Shown: piece after piece, positions 21,147 to 33,416 of the stretch
Position numbering within the stretch: position 1 is the stretch's first letter
Layout: every line of letters starts with the position of its first letter
Assembly (NCBI RefSeq): GCF_937872355.1
Contig: NZ_CALMSV010000096.1
Span: 25,404-89,403 of the forward strand
Direction of reading: 5' to 3'
DNA length: 64,000 nucleotides
Source: an uncultured Sphingorhabdus sp.
GTDB taxonomy: Bacteria > Pseudomonadota > Alphaproteobacteria > Sphingomonadales > Sphingomonadaceae
Made by a program: the position numbers and the translations under genes
The notes under the pieces: generated by a model
What the model saw: only the letters and a program-made list of their open reading frames with translations
Databases searched by the model: none
What the model was told of the DNA's origin: nothing

Positions 21147-22389
21147 AGCGCAGCACCTGTACCGGATCGGTTCCTGCGGCCTTGAAAGCCGGATACAGTG
21201 TCGCGAGGAAGCTGAAGAACAGGGCCAGCGTGCAGATGGCCAGCACCTCGAACGGGTCGGTGCGTGACGGCAGCTCGGTCAGAAAACGGATTGATGGATC
21301 CCATAGCTCCAACCCCGTAACAAACTGGATGGCAGTGACGATCGACTGGCGGAAAAACAGAAAGATGAAGCCGAGGATCAATCCCGCCACCATCCCTGCC
21401 GCGCCGATCAACAGCCCAACAGTCACGAAAATCTTGAGCAATGACTGCCGCGATGCGCCCATTGTGCGCAATATCGCGATGTCGCGCGTCTTGGCTCGGA
21501 CCAGCATGATCAGTGACGACAGGATGTTGAACACCGCCACCAGCACGATGATCGATAGCACAATGAACATCGCCACCCGCTCGATCGCAAGCGCCTCGAA
21601 CAGGGTTGCGTTCATGCTTTTCCAGTCAACAATAACCGCCTTGTCGGCAATTTTGGGCTGCAGTGGTGCCAGAATGTCATTAACCTTGTCCGGATCGGTG
21701 GTGGTCAGTTCGATCATCCCGATCTGATCGCCCATCAGCATCAGGATTTGCGCATCCTCAATCGGCATGATGACAAAGGCTTTGTCATAGTCATAGACAC
21801 CGACCTCGAAGATTGCGGCAATTTCATAGGAAATCTCGCGCGGAACGGTGCCAAATGGTGTCGTCCGACCCGCCGGATTGATGATCGTAATACGTTGGCC
21901 GACACGAGCACCCAAATTTTGCGCGAGGCGCGAACCGATAGCTACCCGTTCGCTCCCCGGGCGAAGCAGCTTCATGTCACCCGCCAAGGTTTTACCCTTG
22001 AGCGTTGGGTTGGTCAGAATATCCCTGACCTCCATCCCGCGTGCAAGGATCGCTTCAACGCGGCCTTCGCTGGTCGCGAGCAGCGGCTGCTCGATCAATG
22101 GAGACGCTTCGGTCACGCCGGGCGTGGCGCGCACATCTTTCAAGACCTCGCGCCAGTCAGTCAAACGCCCTCCATAGCCTTGCACGACCGCGTGTCCGTT
22201 TAACCCGACGATCTTGTCGAAAAGTTCGGCACGGAATCCATTCATCACACTCATCACGATGATGAGCGCGGCGACTCCAAGCGCGACGGCGATCAGGCTG
22301 ATCGTCGCGACCAGGAATATAAACCCTTCGCCTTTGCCCGGCAGCACATAGCGCCTGGCGATCATGCGTTCGTATCGATTGAGGATCAT
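21139..22389 (-). CDS. lolC: Lipoprotein-releasing ABC transporter permease (LolC/E)
   Basis: [29 protein letters not shown]; overlaps lolD start. Confidence 0.93.
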   Translation of the reverse strand: MILNRYERMIARRYVLPGKGEGFIFLVATISLIAVALGVAALIIVMSVMNGFRAELFDKIVGLNGHAVVQGYGGRLTDWREVLKDVRATPGVTEASPLIEQPLLATSEGRVEAILARGMEVRDILTNPTLKGKTLAGDMKLLRPGSERVAIGSRLAQNLGARVGQRITIINPAGRTTPFGTVPREISYEIAAIFEVGVYDYDKAFVIMPIEDAQILMLMGDQIGMIELTTTDPDKVNDILAPLQPKIADKAVIVDWKSMNATLFEALAIERVAMFIVLSIIVLVAVFNILSSLIMLVRAKTRDIAILRTMGASRQSLLKIFVTVGLLIGAAGMVAGLILGFIFLFFRQSIVTAIQFVTGLELWDPSIRFLTELPSRTDPFEVLAICTLALFFSFLATLYPAFKAAGTDPVQVLRYE

Positions 22390-22693
22390 GTCGGGCAGTG
22401 TTCCGGCATAGCGTTGTTGCTCAAGCCTTTAGGGTGCAGCAATGCTGCGCGCAAGCCAAAGCCTGTGTTACACTATTGTTGCAGCGATGACACACTGTTT
22501 GAAAAAGCGTTCGACCGAAACAGAGAATCGTTGCGAACGCGCTGGATTGCGTCATTTTGACCGCGCTGAATAGGTTCATCGCTGAATGGCCGTGGTTCAG
22601 GGGGATTTGGTCCCACGCGATTTTGCGAAAAGCGAAACGGTGTGACCCTGACGATTTTTCGTCAATCAGGCCGTCCAATTTTTATTGGGCGGC

Positions 22694-22721
22694 CTTGATT
22701 TTTGCCTTTCGCATTCCATCT
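22694..22721 (+). promoter_or_regulatory. RpoH (sigma32)-type promoter of ibpA
   Basis: CTTG (22694-22697), 17 nt, TCCATCT (22715-22721); matches alphaproteobacterial RpoH consensus CTTG-N17-CCTATNT with mismatches. Confidence 0.65.
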
Positions 22722-22727
22722 AAGCCG

Positions 22728-22822
22728 TGAGGGAGCCGGAGACGGTCCCTCAACCAAAAAGGAAGCGCCGTGCATGCGGGCTTTCACCAAAACCAAATTG
22801 CTCAACAGGAGAATTTGACATG
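22728..22822 (+). ncRNA. ROSE-like RNA thermometer in ibpA 5'UTR
   Basis: Three hairpins; last is AAAUU-G-CUC/GAG-AAUUU (22795-22816) with UUGCU motif and bulged G over the SD. Confidence 0.7.
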
Positions 22823-23299
22823 AACCGTTTTGATTTCACCCCCTATCGCCGCAATACCGTAGGTTTCGACCGCCTCTTCGACATGCTCGAAAATGCACGC
22901 GGCGTTACACAGGGCGACAATTATCCTCCGTTCAACATCGAACGCACCTCCGAAACAGAATATGTAGTGACGATTGCGGTCGCAGGTTTCAAGCCCGACG
23001 AGATCGACATTACCGCGCAGCAGAACCAGTTGGTGGTCGCCGGCCAGAAAAAGGTCGAAGGCAATGACAACCGCGACTTCCTGCATCTTGGCATCGCCAA
23101 CCGCAATTTCGAACGCCGCTTCCAGCTTGCAGACCATGTGTTTGTGAAAGGTGCCGACCTTGCCGATGGTCTTTTGATCATCCAGCTTGAGCGTCAGGTT
23201 CCCGAGGAATTGAAGCCGCGCAAGGTATTGATCGGTGGCGCCACACCAACCGTCATCGAGCATGACGAAGCGAAGAAAAAAGGCGGCAAGGCCGCTTGA
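22820..23299 (+). CDS. ibpA: Small heat-shock protein Hsp20
   Basis: GFDRLFDML, YPPFNIE, LHLGIANRNFERRF; start trimmed to ATG 22820 with AGGAG SD. Confidence 0.93.
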   Translation: MNRFDFTPYRRNTVGFDRLFDMLENARGVTQGDNYPPFNIERTSETEYVVTIAVAGFKPDEIDITAQQNQLVVAGQKKVEGNDNRDFLHLGIANRNFERRFQLADHVFVKGADLADGLLIIQLERQVPEELKPRKVLIGGATPTVIEHDEAKKKGGKAA

Positions 23300-23324
23300 T
23301 GCGGAACGCCGATTAGTATGATTT

Positions 23325-23410
23325 CGTCATTCCCGCGAAGGCGGGAATCCAACCCCTGCCTTCTAAATTTCGATCACAGGGGTTGGACCCCCGCCTGCGC
23401 GGGGGTGACG
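23325..23410. repeat. CGTC-type REP doublet (inverted pair of 34-nt palindromic repeats)
   Basis: CGTCATTCCCGCGAAGGCGGGAATCCAACCCCTG (23325-23358) and inverted CGTCACCCCCGCGCAGGCGGGGGTCCAACCCCTG (23410-23377); 18-nt spacer. Confidence 0.85.
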
Positions 23411-23432
23411 AGATTTTGTTTTGGACCTTAGT

Positions 23433-25079
<1,647 letters not shown>

Positions 25080-25181
25080 CTAAGACGAGTTTATGGGATT
25101 CGGCAAGGGGCGAATGCCCGCCGGAGCAAATAAATTGTGGACGCAGACGCGTGCCGCGCACGAAAGCGACCGAACTGCCGA

Positions 25182-25562
25182 TTATTTGTCCAGCGGCACG
25201 TCGCTTGCGGGCGATGCAGGTGCAGCCTTGTCAGCAGCGGGTGCATTTGCGGGCGCTGCGGTCGGATCGACAGTCTGCTGCTGCGTGGCGGGAGCCGCAC
25301 GTTCGAGGGTTTCATCCACGCCCGCGGGTGCGCCACGCTTCGCCGAAACAAATGCCATAGCAATGGCAAGGCCAACGAACAGGGTAGCGAGAATCGCCGT
25401 GGTGCGGGTTAGGAAATCCCCTGCGCCGCGTGCCGACATCAGGCCCGAAGGGCTGCCGCCCATCCCGAGACCACCGCCTTCGGAACGCTGCATCAGGATA
25501 ACGCCAACCAGTGCAGCCGCAACAACGGCAAAAACGACGAGGAGGAAGTGAAATAGACCCAT
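25182..25562 (-). CDS. secG: Preprotein translocase subunit SecG
   Basis: VILMQRSEGGGLG, two TM helices, FLTRTT; start trimmed to ATG 25562. Confidence 0.93.
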   Translation of the reverse strand: MGLFHFLLVVFAVVAAALVGVILMQRSEGGGLGMGGSPSGLMSARGAGDFLTRTTAILATLFVGLAIAMAFVSAKRGAPAGVDETLERAAPATQQQTVDPTAAPANAPAADKAAPASPASDVPLDK

Positions 25563-25646
25563 TATTCTGTCCGATAAAATAGCATGGCACTTGGCCGGAA
25601 TGCCGCCCACATAGGGATGGCAGCCACGTTTTTCAAATCTTATTGC

Positions 25647-26387
25647 TCAAGCGGCAGCCGCAGCGGCTACAATCGGCAAGAATTTGTCGGCCTTCAAGCT
25701 CGCGCCACCAATGAGACCCCCATCGACATCGGGGATCGCCAGCAGGCTTGCAGCATTATCACCATTCATCGATCCGCCGTACAGAATCCGGATATTAGAG
25801 CCATCAGTTCCGAAGCGGGCTACCAGTGCACCGCGGATTGCCGCGTGCATTGCTTTAACATCCTCCACCGACGGGATGCGACCGGTTCCGATAGCCCAAA
25901 CAGGCTCGTAGGCAACCGATATCCATTCACTTGCTGCATCATCAGGCATTGAACCCTCTAATTGCCCCAACACAACGGCTTCAGCCCGCCCTGCGTCGCG
26001 TTCCGCTTCGGTTTCTCCAACACATAAAATGGCAGCTAGCCCTGCCCGCTTAGCAGCCAATGCCTTGCCGCGGATATCGGCATCACTTTCACCTTGCGCC
26101 GCACGGCGTTCGCTATGCCCTATGATCGTCAGCTTCGCCCCTGCATCGGCCAGCATCTCTGCTGAAATGCATCCGGTATGGGCGCCAGAAGCAGCCATGT
26201 GCCAATCCTGACCGCCAATCGCCATATCGGCAAATCGCCCGGCGGCCGAACGGATCAGCGTTGCGGGAATGCATAGTGCCGTATCGACCGACGGATGTGC
26301 CGCCACCGCCTCGCAAATCGATGCGACATCCTCCAACTCAGCGAGCAGTCCATTCATTTTCCAATTGCCTGCGATCAGCTTGCGCAT
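25647..26387 (-). CDS. tpiA: Triosephosphate isomerase
   Basis: AGNWKMNG, GHSERR, AYEPVWAIGTG, LIGGASL; start trimmed to 26387. Confidence 0.97.
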   Translation of the reverse strand: MRKLIAGNWKMNGLLAELEDVASICEAVAAHPSVDTALCIPATLIRSAAGRFADMAIGGQDWHMAASGAHTGCISAEMLADAGAKLTIIGHSERRAAQGESDADIRGKALAAKRAGLAAILCVGETEAERDAGRAEAVVLGQLEGSMPDDAASEWISVAYEPVWAIGTGRIPSVEDVKAMHAAIRGALVARFGTDGSNIRILYGGSMNGDNAASLLAIPDVDGGLIGGASLKADKFLPIVAAAAAA

Positions 26388-26545
26388 CCTGTTTTCCTCT
26401 GCCGGTCTGGATAAAGGGTGAATTTCGATTCGGCCCGCTAGCAAATTGGCATCACAAATCCAAATGGCCTTCATGCTTGATTGACCGACCAGTGCCGCCT
26501 AAAGCGGGCGCCAATCGCGCTTTGCCATAGTTTTTCAGGACCGAC

Positions 26546-28489
26546 ATGATCAGTTTTATACGCAAGCTTCTGGGTTCACGCTGGGGCGCCGTTTTCGCCC
26601 TGGCTTTTGTCGTGCTGGTTGGCTTTGCCTTTGCGCTGGGTGATGTCACGGGCTCGGGCAGCTTTGGCGGATTAGGTCAAGGCCACGTCGCCAAGGTTGG
26701 CAGCAAAAAGATCGGACTCGGCGAGTTTCAAGACCTTCTCGACAACAGCTTGCGCGCCGAACGCCGCGACAATCCCACGCTTGATATGGCGAAGTTCGTT
26801 GAAAGCGGCGGTCTGGACGGCACGCTCGATCGACTGATCAATCGCTACGCACTTTCATCCTTTGGCGAAGAACATGGTATTGCAGTCAGCAAGCGTTTGG
26901 TTGATTCCGAAATCCGCAAACTGCCCAATGTAAATGGCCCTGACGGCAAGTTCAGCCAACAGGCCTTCCAGTCTTTCCTGCAAGGACTTGATCTTACCGA
27001 GCAGATGATCCGCGACGATTTTACGCAGAACTTGTACGCCCAGCAGATCCTGCCGGTGGCTGGCGTAGGTGCCCCCGCGCCCAACAGTCTTGTCCTGCCC
27101 TACGCCTCGCTGTTTCTCGAAAAGCGCGCGGGTAACGTCGCGCTGGTGCCGTCACAGGCATTTCTGCCAACAACTGCACCAACCGATGCCCAGTTGCAGG
27201 CCTATTACCGTGCCAACTCAGCACGCTTCACTATCCCCGAGAAGCGCGCGATCAGCTATGCAATTTTCGATGCCTCTATCGTCGATTCAAAGGCAGATGC
27301 GACGACGCAGGAAATTGCCGACTATTATAAGGCAAACGCCAAGCAATATGCTGCATCACAAACCCGAGACATCAGCCAGCTGGTTTTCCCGACCGAGGCA
27401 GCAGCCAAAGCTGCACTCGCAAAAGTTTCGGCTGGACAATCCATATCAGCGGTTGCGGCTGAACTTGGCCTCAGCCCCACCAACAGCAATGCGGTCACTC
27501 GTGAAGCTCTGACGAATTCTGCATCAAAAGCCGTTGCCGATGCTGTGTTTGCAACAGCTTCAGGAAAGACAGCGACACCAACACGCGGCGGCCTTGGTTG
27601 GTATGTGGTCAAGGTCAACGCAGTCAATGAAATCGCGGCGCGCCCCCTCGCCGCTGTCAGCGCCGAAATTGCCAGGACAATTGCATCCGAAAAGAAAGCG
27701 GAATTACTGTCTGACCTGACTTCGGAAATCGAAGATGAATTTGCCGGTGGTGCCTCCATTGCCGACATGGCCAAGGCCAATGGCCTAAAGGTGGAAACCA
27801 CACCGAAGCTGTTCGCCAATGGTCAGAACCCGGCTTCGCCTGCGTACAAGCCGATAGCTGAGATGCAGCGCATCCTGCCTGCCGCGTTCGAAATGGAAAG
27901 CGACGGCGAAGCCCAACTGATCGAGATCGTTCCCGGTGAGAAATTTGCAATGGTTTCGGTAGCCGATTTTGAAGAAGCCGCTCCTCCGCCGCTTGCCGAG
28001 GTTCGTGATGTCGTGCTGCAGCAGTGGGCGCTGGCAGAAGGCTCGAAAAAGGCAAAGGCAGTTGCCGAACAAGTGCAGCGCGCCGTGCTGAGCGGCAAGT
28101 CGTTGGCCGAGGCGATGGCAGCGGTTGGCGTCAAATTGCCAGCAGTTGAAAGCGTGTCAGGCAGCCGTATGGATCTCAACCGCGAAGGCCAGCAAATGCC
28201 GCCGCCGCTCGCGATGATGTTCGCGATGAAGAAGGGCACAGCCAAAACACTCGATGCCGGACGCAGCCAGGGCTGGTTCGTCGTGCACCTCAACGAAGTC
28301 ATAAAGGGCGATGCGAGCAAAAATGTCGAACTGGTCGCAGCGCGCCGTCAGGAAATGCTGGGTCTGTTACAGCAGGAATATGCTGCGCAGTTGATCAATG
28401 CCGCCCGCACCGAAGTTGGCGTCAGCAAGAATGACAGCGCCATCAAGGATATTCGCCGCCGCCTGACCAATCAGGACGCGGCGCAGTAA
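26546..28489 (+). CDS. ppiD: PpiD/SurA-like periplasmic folding chaperone
   Basis: N-terminal TM, SurA-N region, rotamase-like segments; usual position between tpiA and trpE. Confidence 0.8.
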   Translation: MISFIRKLLGSRWGAVFALAFVVLVGFAFALGDVTGSGSFGGLGQGHVAKVGSKKIGLGEFQDLLDNSLRAERRDNPTLDMAKFVESGGLDGTLDRLINRYALSSFGEEHGIAVSKRLVDSEIRKLPNVNGPDGKFSQQAFQSFLQGLDLTEQMIRDDFTQNLYAQQILPVAGVGAPAPNSLVLPYASLFLEKRAGNVALVPSQAFLPTTAPTDAQLQAYYRANSARFTIPEKRAISYAIFDASIVDSKADATTQEIADYYKANAKQYAASQTRDISQLVFPTEAAAKAALAKVSAGQSISAVAAELGLSPTNSNAVTREALTNSASKAVADAVFATASGKTATPTRGGLGWYVVKVNAVNEIAARPLAAVSAEIARTIASEKKAELLSDLTSEIEDEFAGGASIADMAKANGLKVETTPKLFANGQNPASPAYKPIAEMQRILPAAFEMESDGEAQLIEIVPGEKFAMVSVADFEEAAPPPLAEVRDVVLQQWALAEGSKKAKAVAEQVQRAVLSGKSLAEAMAAVGVKLPAVESVSGSRMDLNREGQQMPPPLAMMFAMKKGTAKTLDAGRSQGWFVVHLNEVIKGDASKNVELVAARRQEMLGLLQQEYAAQLINAARTEVGVSKNDSAIKDIRRRLTNQDAAQ

Positions 28490-28505
28490 GGCTTATTGGA
28501 CGGGT

Positions 28506-30026
28506 ATGAACGACACCAGCTCTGCCCGCCCTGCCGACGTTGCACGCGCCCAATTGGCCGCTGGCCAGTCGGCCATCGTCTGGCGTGATTTGATAGCGGA
28601 CACTGAAACACCGGTTTCTGCGGCACTCAAACTGTTTGAGGCTGGGCGCGGCGATTTCATCCTGGAATCAGTCGAAGGCGGTGCGGTGCGGGGCCGTCAC
28701 AGCCTGATCGGCCTTGCGCCCGATCTCGTTTTTCGCGCCGAGGGCGACGCCGCTCAAATCAACCGCAAATGGCAGACCGACCGGACGGCCTTTGAGCCGA
28801 CCGGCGAAGGTGCGCTTGCATCCCTGCGCAAGCTGGTAGAGACCTGCCGCATCGACATGCCTGAAGGGCTGCCAGCGGCCTTCGCCTGCCTTGTCGGGCA
28901 TTTTGGATACGAAACCATCGGCCTCGTTGAAAAACTTCCACGCCCACCTGCAAACCCGATAAATGTGCCGGACATGATGTTTGTGCGGCCAACGGTGGTG
29001 CTGGTCTTTGATCGGCTCGCCGATCGTCTCTACATAGCCGCACCGATCTGGCCTGAGGGTGGCGATCCGGACCGGTTGATTGATGCAGCCTATGACAGGA
29101 TCGATGCCACAGCGGCGAAGCTGGCCCAACCGGTTCCTGCAAGTCTGGCACATGCCGAACTTGCGTCGCTGCCCGAACCAACCCCCGCCCTCGGCCCCGG
29201 CCAATATGAAAAGATGGTGTTGAAGGCGAAGGACTATATCGCGGCGGGCGATATCTTTCAGGTCGTGCTGGCACAGCGTTTCTCGCTGCCCTTCGAATTG
29301 CCCCCGGTCGATCTCTACCGCGCATTACGGCGGATCAATCCTTCGCCTTTCCTCTACTTTCTCGACATGCCCGGTTTTGCATTAATCGGTTCAAGCCCGG
29401 AGATCCTTGTCCGCGTGCGCGACGGCGAAGTCACCATCCGCCCGATTGCCGGCACCCGTCCGCGCGGCAAGACCGCGCTCGAGGATGCCGAAAATCGCGA
29501 CAGCCTGCTCGCCGATCCTAAGGAAAGGGCCGAACATCTGATGCTCCTCGATCTTGGCCGCAACGATGTCGGCCGTGTGACCGAGGGCGGCAGCGTGACG
29601 GTAACCGACAGCTATATGGTCGAATTCTACAGCCATGTGATGCACATCGTCTCGAACGTCGTCGGCCGCCTCGCCAAAGGCAAGGACGCGCTCGATGCGT
29701 TGTTCGCGGGCTTCCCGGCTGGAACGGTCAGCGGCGCCCCCAAGGTCCGTGCCTGCGAAATCATCGCCGAACTGGAACCCGAAACACGCGGCGCATATGC
29801 AGGCGGCGTCGGCTATTTCAGCCCGGACGGAAATATGGACAGCTGCATCGTGCTGCGCACCGGCATCGTCAAGGATGGCATGCTGCATGTGCAGGCAGGC
29901 GCTGGCATCGTCGCTGACAGCAACCCCGATTATGAACAGCGCGAATGCGAGGCCAAGGCAGGCGCCTTGATGGCCGCCGCTCGCGAAGCCGTCCGCGTTG
30001 CCGGAGAGGCAGGGTTCGGCCAGTGA
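28506..30026 (+). CDS. trpE: Anthranilate synthase component I
   Basis: [38 protein letters not shown]. Confidence 0.96.
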   Translation: MNDTSSARPADVARAQLAAGQSAIVWRDLIADTETPVSAALKLFEAGRGDFILESVEGGAVRGRHSLIGLAPDLVFRAEGDAAQINRKWQTDRTAFEPTGEGALASLRKLVETCRIDMPEGLPAAFACLVGHFGYETIGLVEKLPRPPANPINVPDMMFVRPTVVLVFDRLADRLYIAAPIWPEGGDPDRLIDAAYDRIDATAAKLAQPVPASLAHAELASLPEPTPALGPGQYEKMVLKAKDYIAAGDIFQVVLAQRFSLPFELPPVDLYRALRRINPSPFLYFLDMPGFALIGSSPEILVRVRDGEVTIRPIAGTRPRGKTALEDAENRDSLLADPKERAEHLMLLDLGRNDVGRVTEGGSVTVTDSYMVEFYSHVMHIVSNVVGRLAKGKDALDALFAGFPAGTVSGAPKVRACEIIAELEPETRGAYAGGVGYFSPDGNMDSCIVLRTGIVKDGMLHVQAGAGIVADSNPDYEQRECEAKAGALMAAAREAVRVAGEAGFGQ

Positions 30027-30619
30027 GCAACAACCCTATCCTCGTCATCGACAATTATGACAGTTTCACCTTCAACCTGGTGCATTATCTGCAGGAACTG
30101 GGTGCCGAGGTGGAGGTTGTTCGCAACGATGCCATCTCCGCAGGACAAGCGCTGTCGAGTGGAGCCCAGGCCTTCTTGCTATCCCCCGGCCCTTGCACAC
30201 CCAATGAAGCAGGTATCTGTCTCGATATGGTTGCTGCCTGTGCCGAGGCGAAAAAACCTCTGCTCGGCGTCTGTCTGGGCCACCAGACCATCGGCCAGCA
30301 TTTCGGCGGCAAGGTGGTGCGTGGCGGGTTGATGCATGGCAAGACCAGCCCGGTCAGCCATGACGGCAGCGGGCTGTTCACCGGCCTGCCCTCACCATTC
30401 ATTGCCACCCGCTATCACTCACTGATTGTCGAAGATATTCCCGATAGCCTTGTCGTCAATGCAACCAGCGACGACGGCCACGTCATGGGCTTCCGCCACC
30501 GCGAACTGCCGATCCACGGCGTACAATTCCACCCCGAAAGCATCGCCACCGAACATGGCCACGCCATGCTGGCAAACTTCATGCGGCTTGCGGGCATGAC
30601 ACCAAAGGACCGTCTGTGA
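30023..30619 (+). CDS. trpG: Anthranilate synthase component II (glutamine amidotransferase)
   Basis: IDNYDSF, SPGPC, GVCLGHQ, QFHPES; GTG start overlaps trpE stop. Confidence 0.95.
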   Translation: MSNNPILVIDNYDSFTFNLVHYLQELGAEVEVVRNDAISAGQALSSGAQAFLLSPGPCTPNEAGICLDMVAACAEAKKPLLGVCLGHQTIGQHFGGKVVRGGLMHGKTSPVSHDGSGLFTGLPSPFIATRYHSLIVEDIPDSLVVNATSDDGHVMGFRHRELPIHGVQFHPESIATEHGHAMLANFMRLAGMTPKDRL

Positions 30620-31584
30620 GTTTGTCTCTCCAGGAATCCGAAGCCCTGTTCGGCAGGATGCTCGACGGTGAAATGGGCGACGCCGAGATCAAGGCCACCC
30701 TGATCGAAATGGCCGAACGCGACGAAACCTCGGAAGAAATCGCCGGAGCCATCCGCGCGATGCGCGCCCGCATGATCCGCGTTTCTGCTCCCGAAGGTGC
30801 CATAGACGTCTGCGGCACTGGCGGAGACGGCGCGCACAGCCTGAACGTATCCACCGCGGTCGCCATCGTAGTGGCCGCCTGCGAAGTGCCGGTCGCAAAA
30901 CACGGCAACCGGGCGGCATCCAGTAAGGCGGGCGGTGCGGATACGCTCGAGGCTTTAGGCCTCAATCTTGATCGTGCGGCAGAAACAGCAGAGCAAACTC
31001 TCGCCGACCTCGGCATCGCCTTTCTATTTGCGCAGAAATACCATCCCGCTCTTGGCCGCCTCGCCCCGATCCGTAAGGAAATCGGGCGACGCACCATCTT
31101 CAACCTCTGCGGCCCGGCCTGCAATCCTGCTGGGGTCACACGTCAGTTGATCGGCGTTGCACGGCCTGATTTTATGCCCGTTTATGCAGGCGCTCTTGAA
31201 CTGCTCGGCTATGATGATGCAATGCTCGTGGCTGGCGACGAACCATTAGACGAATTGTCTATTTCGGGCCCTAGTAGCTTCATCCGCCTTGGTCAGCCGC
31301 CGGAACGCATTGCACCTGAGGATGCCGGCCTACCGCGCCATCCCCCCGAAGCCCTGAAGGGCGGAGATGCGGACTATAATGCCAACGCCCTCCGCCGACT
31401 GCTGGCTGGCACGCAGGAATCCGAACAAGACCGCGCCTATCGCGATGCCGTCCTCTTCAACAGCGCCGCCGCGCTGATGGTTGCAGGTCATGCCAATGAT
31501 TGGCAGTCAGGGGTCGAAGAAGCCGCCGAGGCCATTGACAAGGGGCTGGCTAAGGCTCTGCTGGATTGTTGGGTGAGATACTGA
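30616..31584 (+). CDS. trpD: Anthranilate phosphoribosyltransferase
   Basis: [26 protein letters not shown]. Confidence 0.96.
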   Translation: MSLSLQESEALFGRMLDGEMGDAEIKATLIEMAERDETSEEIAGAIRAMRARMIRVSAPEGAIDVCGTGGDGAHSLNVSTAVAIVVAACEVPVAKHGNRAASSKAGGADTLEALGLNLDRAAETAEQTLADLGIAFLFAQKYHPALGRLAPIRKEIGRRTIFNLCGPACNPAGVTRQLIGVARPDFMPVYAGALELLGYDDAMLVAGDEPLDELSISGPSSFIRLGQPPERIAPEDAGLPRHPPEALKGGDADYNANALRRLLAGTQESEQDRAYRDAVLFNSAAALMVAGHANDWQSGVEEAAEAIDKGLAKALLDCWVRY

Positions 31585-31587
31585 GAT

Positions 31588-32067
31588 TTAGGTCTTTGCG
31601 CGAGGCAGCCTCTTGGTCATTTGCCAAGCTAAAAAGGCAGCCAATGCAAGCGTCATTATCATAGTGAAAATGATAACAATTAACATTGCACCGAGATTAT
31701 TACTGTCCGAAAGCATAGGAGTTCCGTCAAACACGGCATTCTCAATTCCCCCGATGGTGAATGGTTGGTTAGATACTCCTGTAACTAAAGCAGCCCATGC
31801 AAGACTCATGATCAAATCTGCAAAAACCGTTCCAAATGCGAACCGCCAAATTTCATTGACCGTCATCGGACGATTCACTGATTTTGAGTACCAATACAAC
31901 CCCACGCCAATTGCTAAGATATTGGCTGGTGTCGACACATTTCCTAGATCAGCCTCTGGGTTGTAAAAAGTATAACCTGCCATCGCGGCCATGAGCAGCA
32001 TTTTTACAGCTATTCCCGCCAAGACAAAGCGGGTTACTGAAATTTTGTCAGTTTCTTCGTAGACCAT
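31588..32067 (-). CDS. Low-GC integral membrane hypothetical protein inserted in the trp operon
   Basis: 159 aa with about 4 hydrophobic helices; opposite strand; markedly AT-rich. Confidence 0.65.
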   Translation of the reverse strand: MVYEETDKISVTRFVLAGIAVKMLLMAAMAGYTFYNPEADLGNVSTPANILAIGVGLYWYSKSVNRPMTVNEIWRFAFGTVFADLIMSLAWAALVTGVSNQPFTIGGIENAVFDGTPMLSDSNNLGAMLIVIIFTMIMTLALAAFLAWQMTKRLPRAKT

Positions 32068-32169
32068 TATTGTGAATGGTATCGACTTCTATTCGATAGT
32101 CAATTCAACATCGTAGCGCGATCCGGTTCCATAGACAAAAGCGTTGTTCATGGCTAACGACGCAACGAA

Positions 32170-32949
32170 ATGAGCAACAAACTCGCAGAAATTTGCGCCA
32201 CCAAGCGTACCGAAGTAGCCGAGCGCAAACCGCTCGGTCTCTCGCATTGGCCCGCCCCCTCCCCCCTGCGCGGGTTCGAGGCAGCGTTGCGTGCCAAGGC
32301 GGAAAGCGGATTTGCTCTGATTGCAGAAATCAAAAAGGCCAGCCCCAGCAAAGGCTTGATACGCGCCGATTTTGATCCGCCAGCACATGCCCGTGCCTAT
32401 CAGGCTGGTGGGGCTGCTTGCTTGTCGGTGTTGACCGATGCGCCCTATTTTCAGGGCCATGAAGATTATCTGATCGCCGCGCGCGCGGCGTGCGACTTAC
32501 CAGTCATCCGCAAGGATTTCATGGTCGATCCATGGCAATGCGACGAAGCGCGGGCGATGGGGGCGGACGCCATATTGATCATCGTTGCCGCGCTTGAGGA
32601 TGCGGTGATGGTGGAGATTGAGGCGGCGGCACGCGAGCACGACCTCGACGTGCTGGTCGAGGTGCATGACGAGGCGGAGATGGAGCGCGCGCTGACACGG
32701 CTTCAGTCAAGGCTGATCGGGGTGAACAACCGTAACCTGAAGACCTTCGAAGTCGATCTGGGCATCACCGAGCGCTTGGCAGCTATGGTGCCCGACGATG
32801 TGCTGTTGGTCTGCGAAAGCGGCATTTCAAACCACGCAGATTGCCTGCGCATGGCGCAAAGCGGGGTGCGGACTTTCCTGGTAGGGGAGAGCCTGATGCG
32901 GCAAGATGATGTCGAGGCGGCGACAAAAATGTTATTGACCGGCGCATGA
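32170..32949 (+). CDS. trpC: Indole-3-glycerol phosphate synthase
   Basis: [32 protein letters not shown]. Confidence 0.97.
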   Translation: MSNKLAEICATKRTEVAERKPLGLSHWPAPSPLRGFEAALRAKAESGFALIAEIKKASPSKGLIRADFDPPAHARAYQAGGAACLSVLTDAPYFQGHEDYLIAARAACDLPVIRKDFMVDPWQCDEARAMGADAILIIVAALEDAVMVEIEAAAREHDLDVLVEVHDEAEMERALTRLQSRLIGVNNRNLKTFEVDLGITERLAAMVPDDVLLVCESGISNHADCLRMAQSGVRTFLVGESLMRQDDVEAATKMLLTGA

Positions 32950-33416
32950 CCAAACTCACCCACCTCGATGCAGCCGGCAATGCCGCGATGGTCGATATCT
33001 CGGCCAAGGACGCGACCGTGCGCGAAGCTGTGGCCGAGGGACGCATCACAATGTCGGCCGAGGCACTGGCGGCGATCCGTGAGGGTGCAGTCAAGAAAGG
33101 CGATGTCCTCGCCACCGCCCGCATCGCAGGGATCATGGCGGCGAAGAAGACCAGCGAGCTGATCCCGCTCTGCCACCCGCTGGCACTTTCCAAGGTAGCG
33201 GTCGATTTCGAATTTGAAGCCGATGGCATCCGCGTTATCGCCCTCGCCCGCTTAACCGGGCAGACCGGGGTGGAGATGGAGGCGCTGACCGCGGCGTCTG
33301 TCGCGCTGCTCACAATCTATGACATGGCCAAGGCGCTCGATAAGGGCATGGTGATTTCGGGCGTACGCCTGCTTTCGAAATACGGGGGCAAGTCGGGTGA
33401 CTGGCGCGCCGAATGA
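32946..33416 (+). CDS. moaC: Cyclic pyranopterin monophosphate synthase
   Basis: [29 protein letters not shown]. Confidence 0.96.
   Translation: MTKLTHLDAAGNAAMVDISAKDATVREAVAEGRITMSAEALAAIREGAVKKGDVLATARIAGIMAAKKTSELIPLCHPLALSKVAVDFEFEADGIRVIALARLTGQTGVEMEALTAASVALLTIYDMAKALDKGMVISGVRLLSKYGGKSGDWRAE

Noticed and set aside
22421-22678. 85-aa ORF upstream of lolC
   Set aside because: No RBS, no motif, atypical composition
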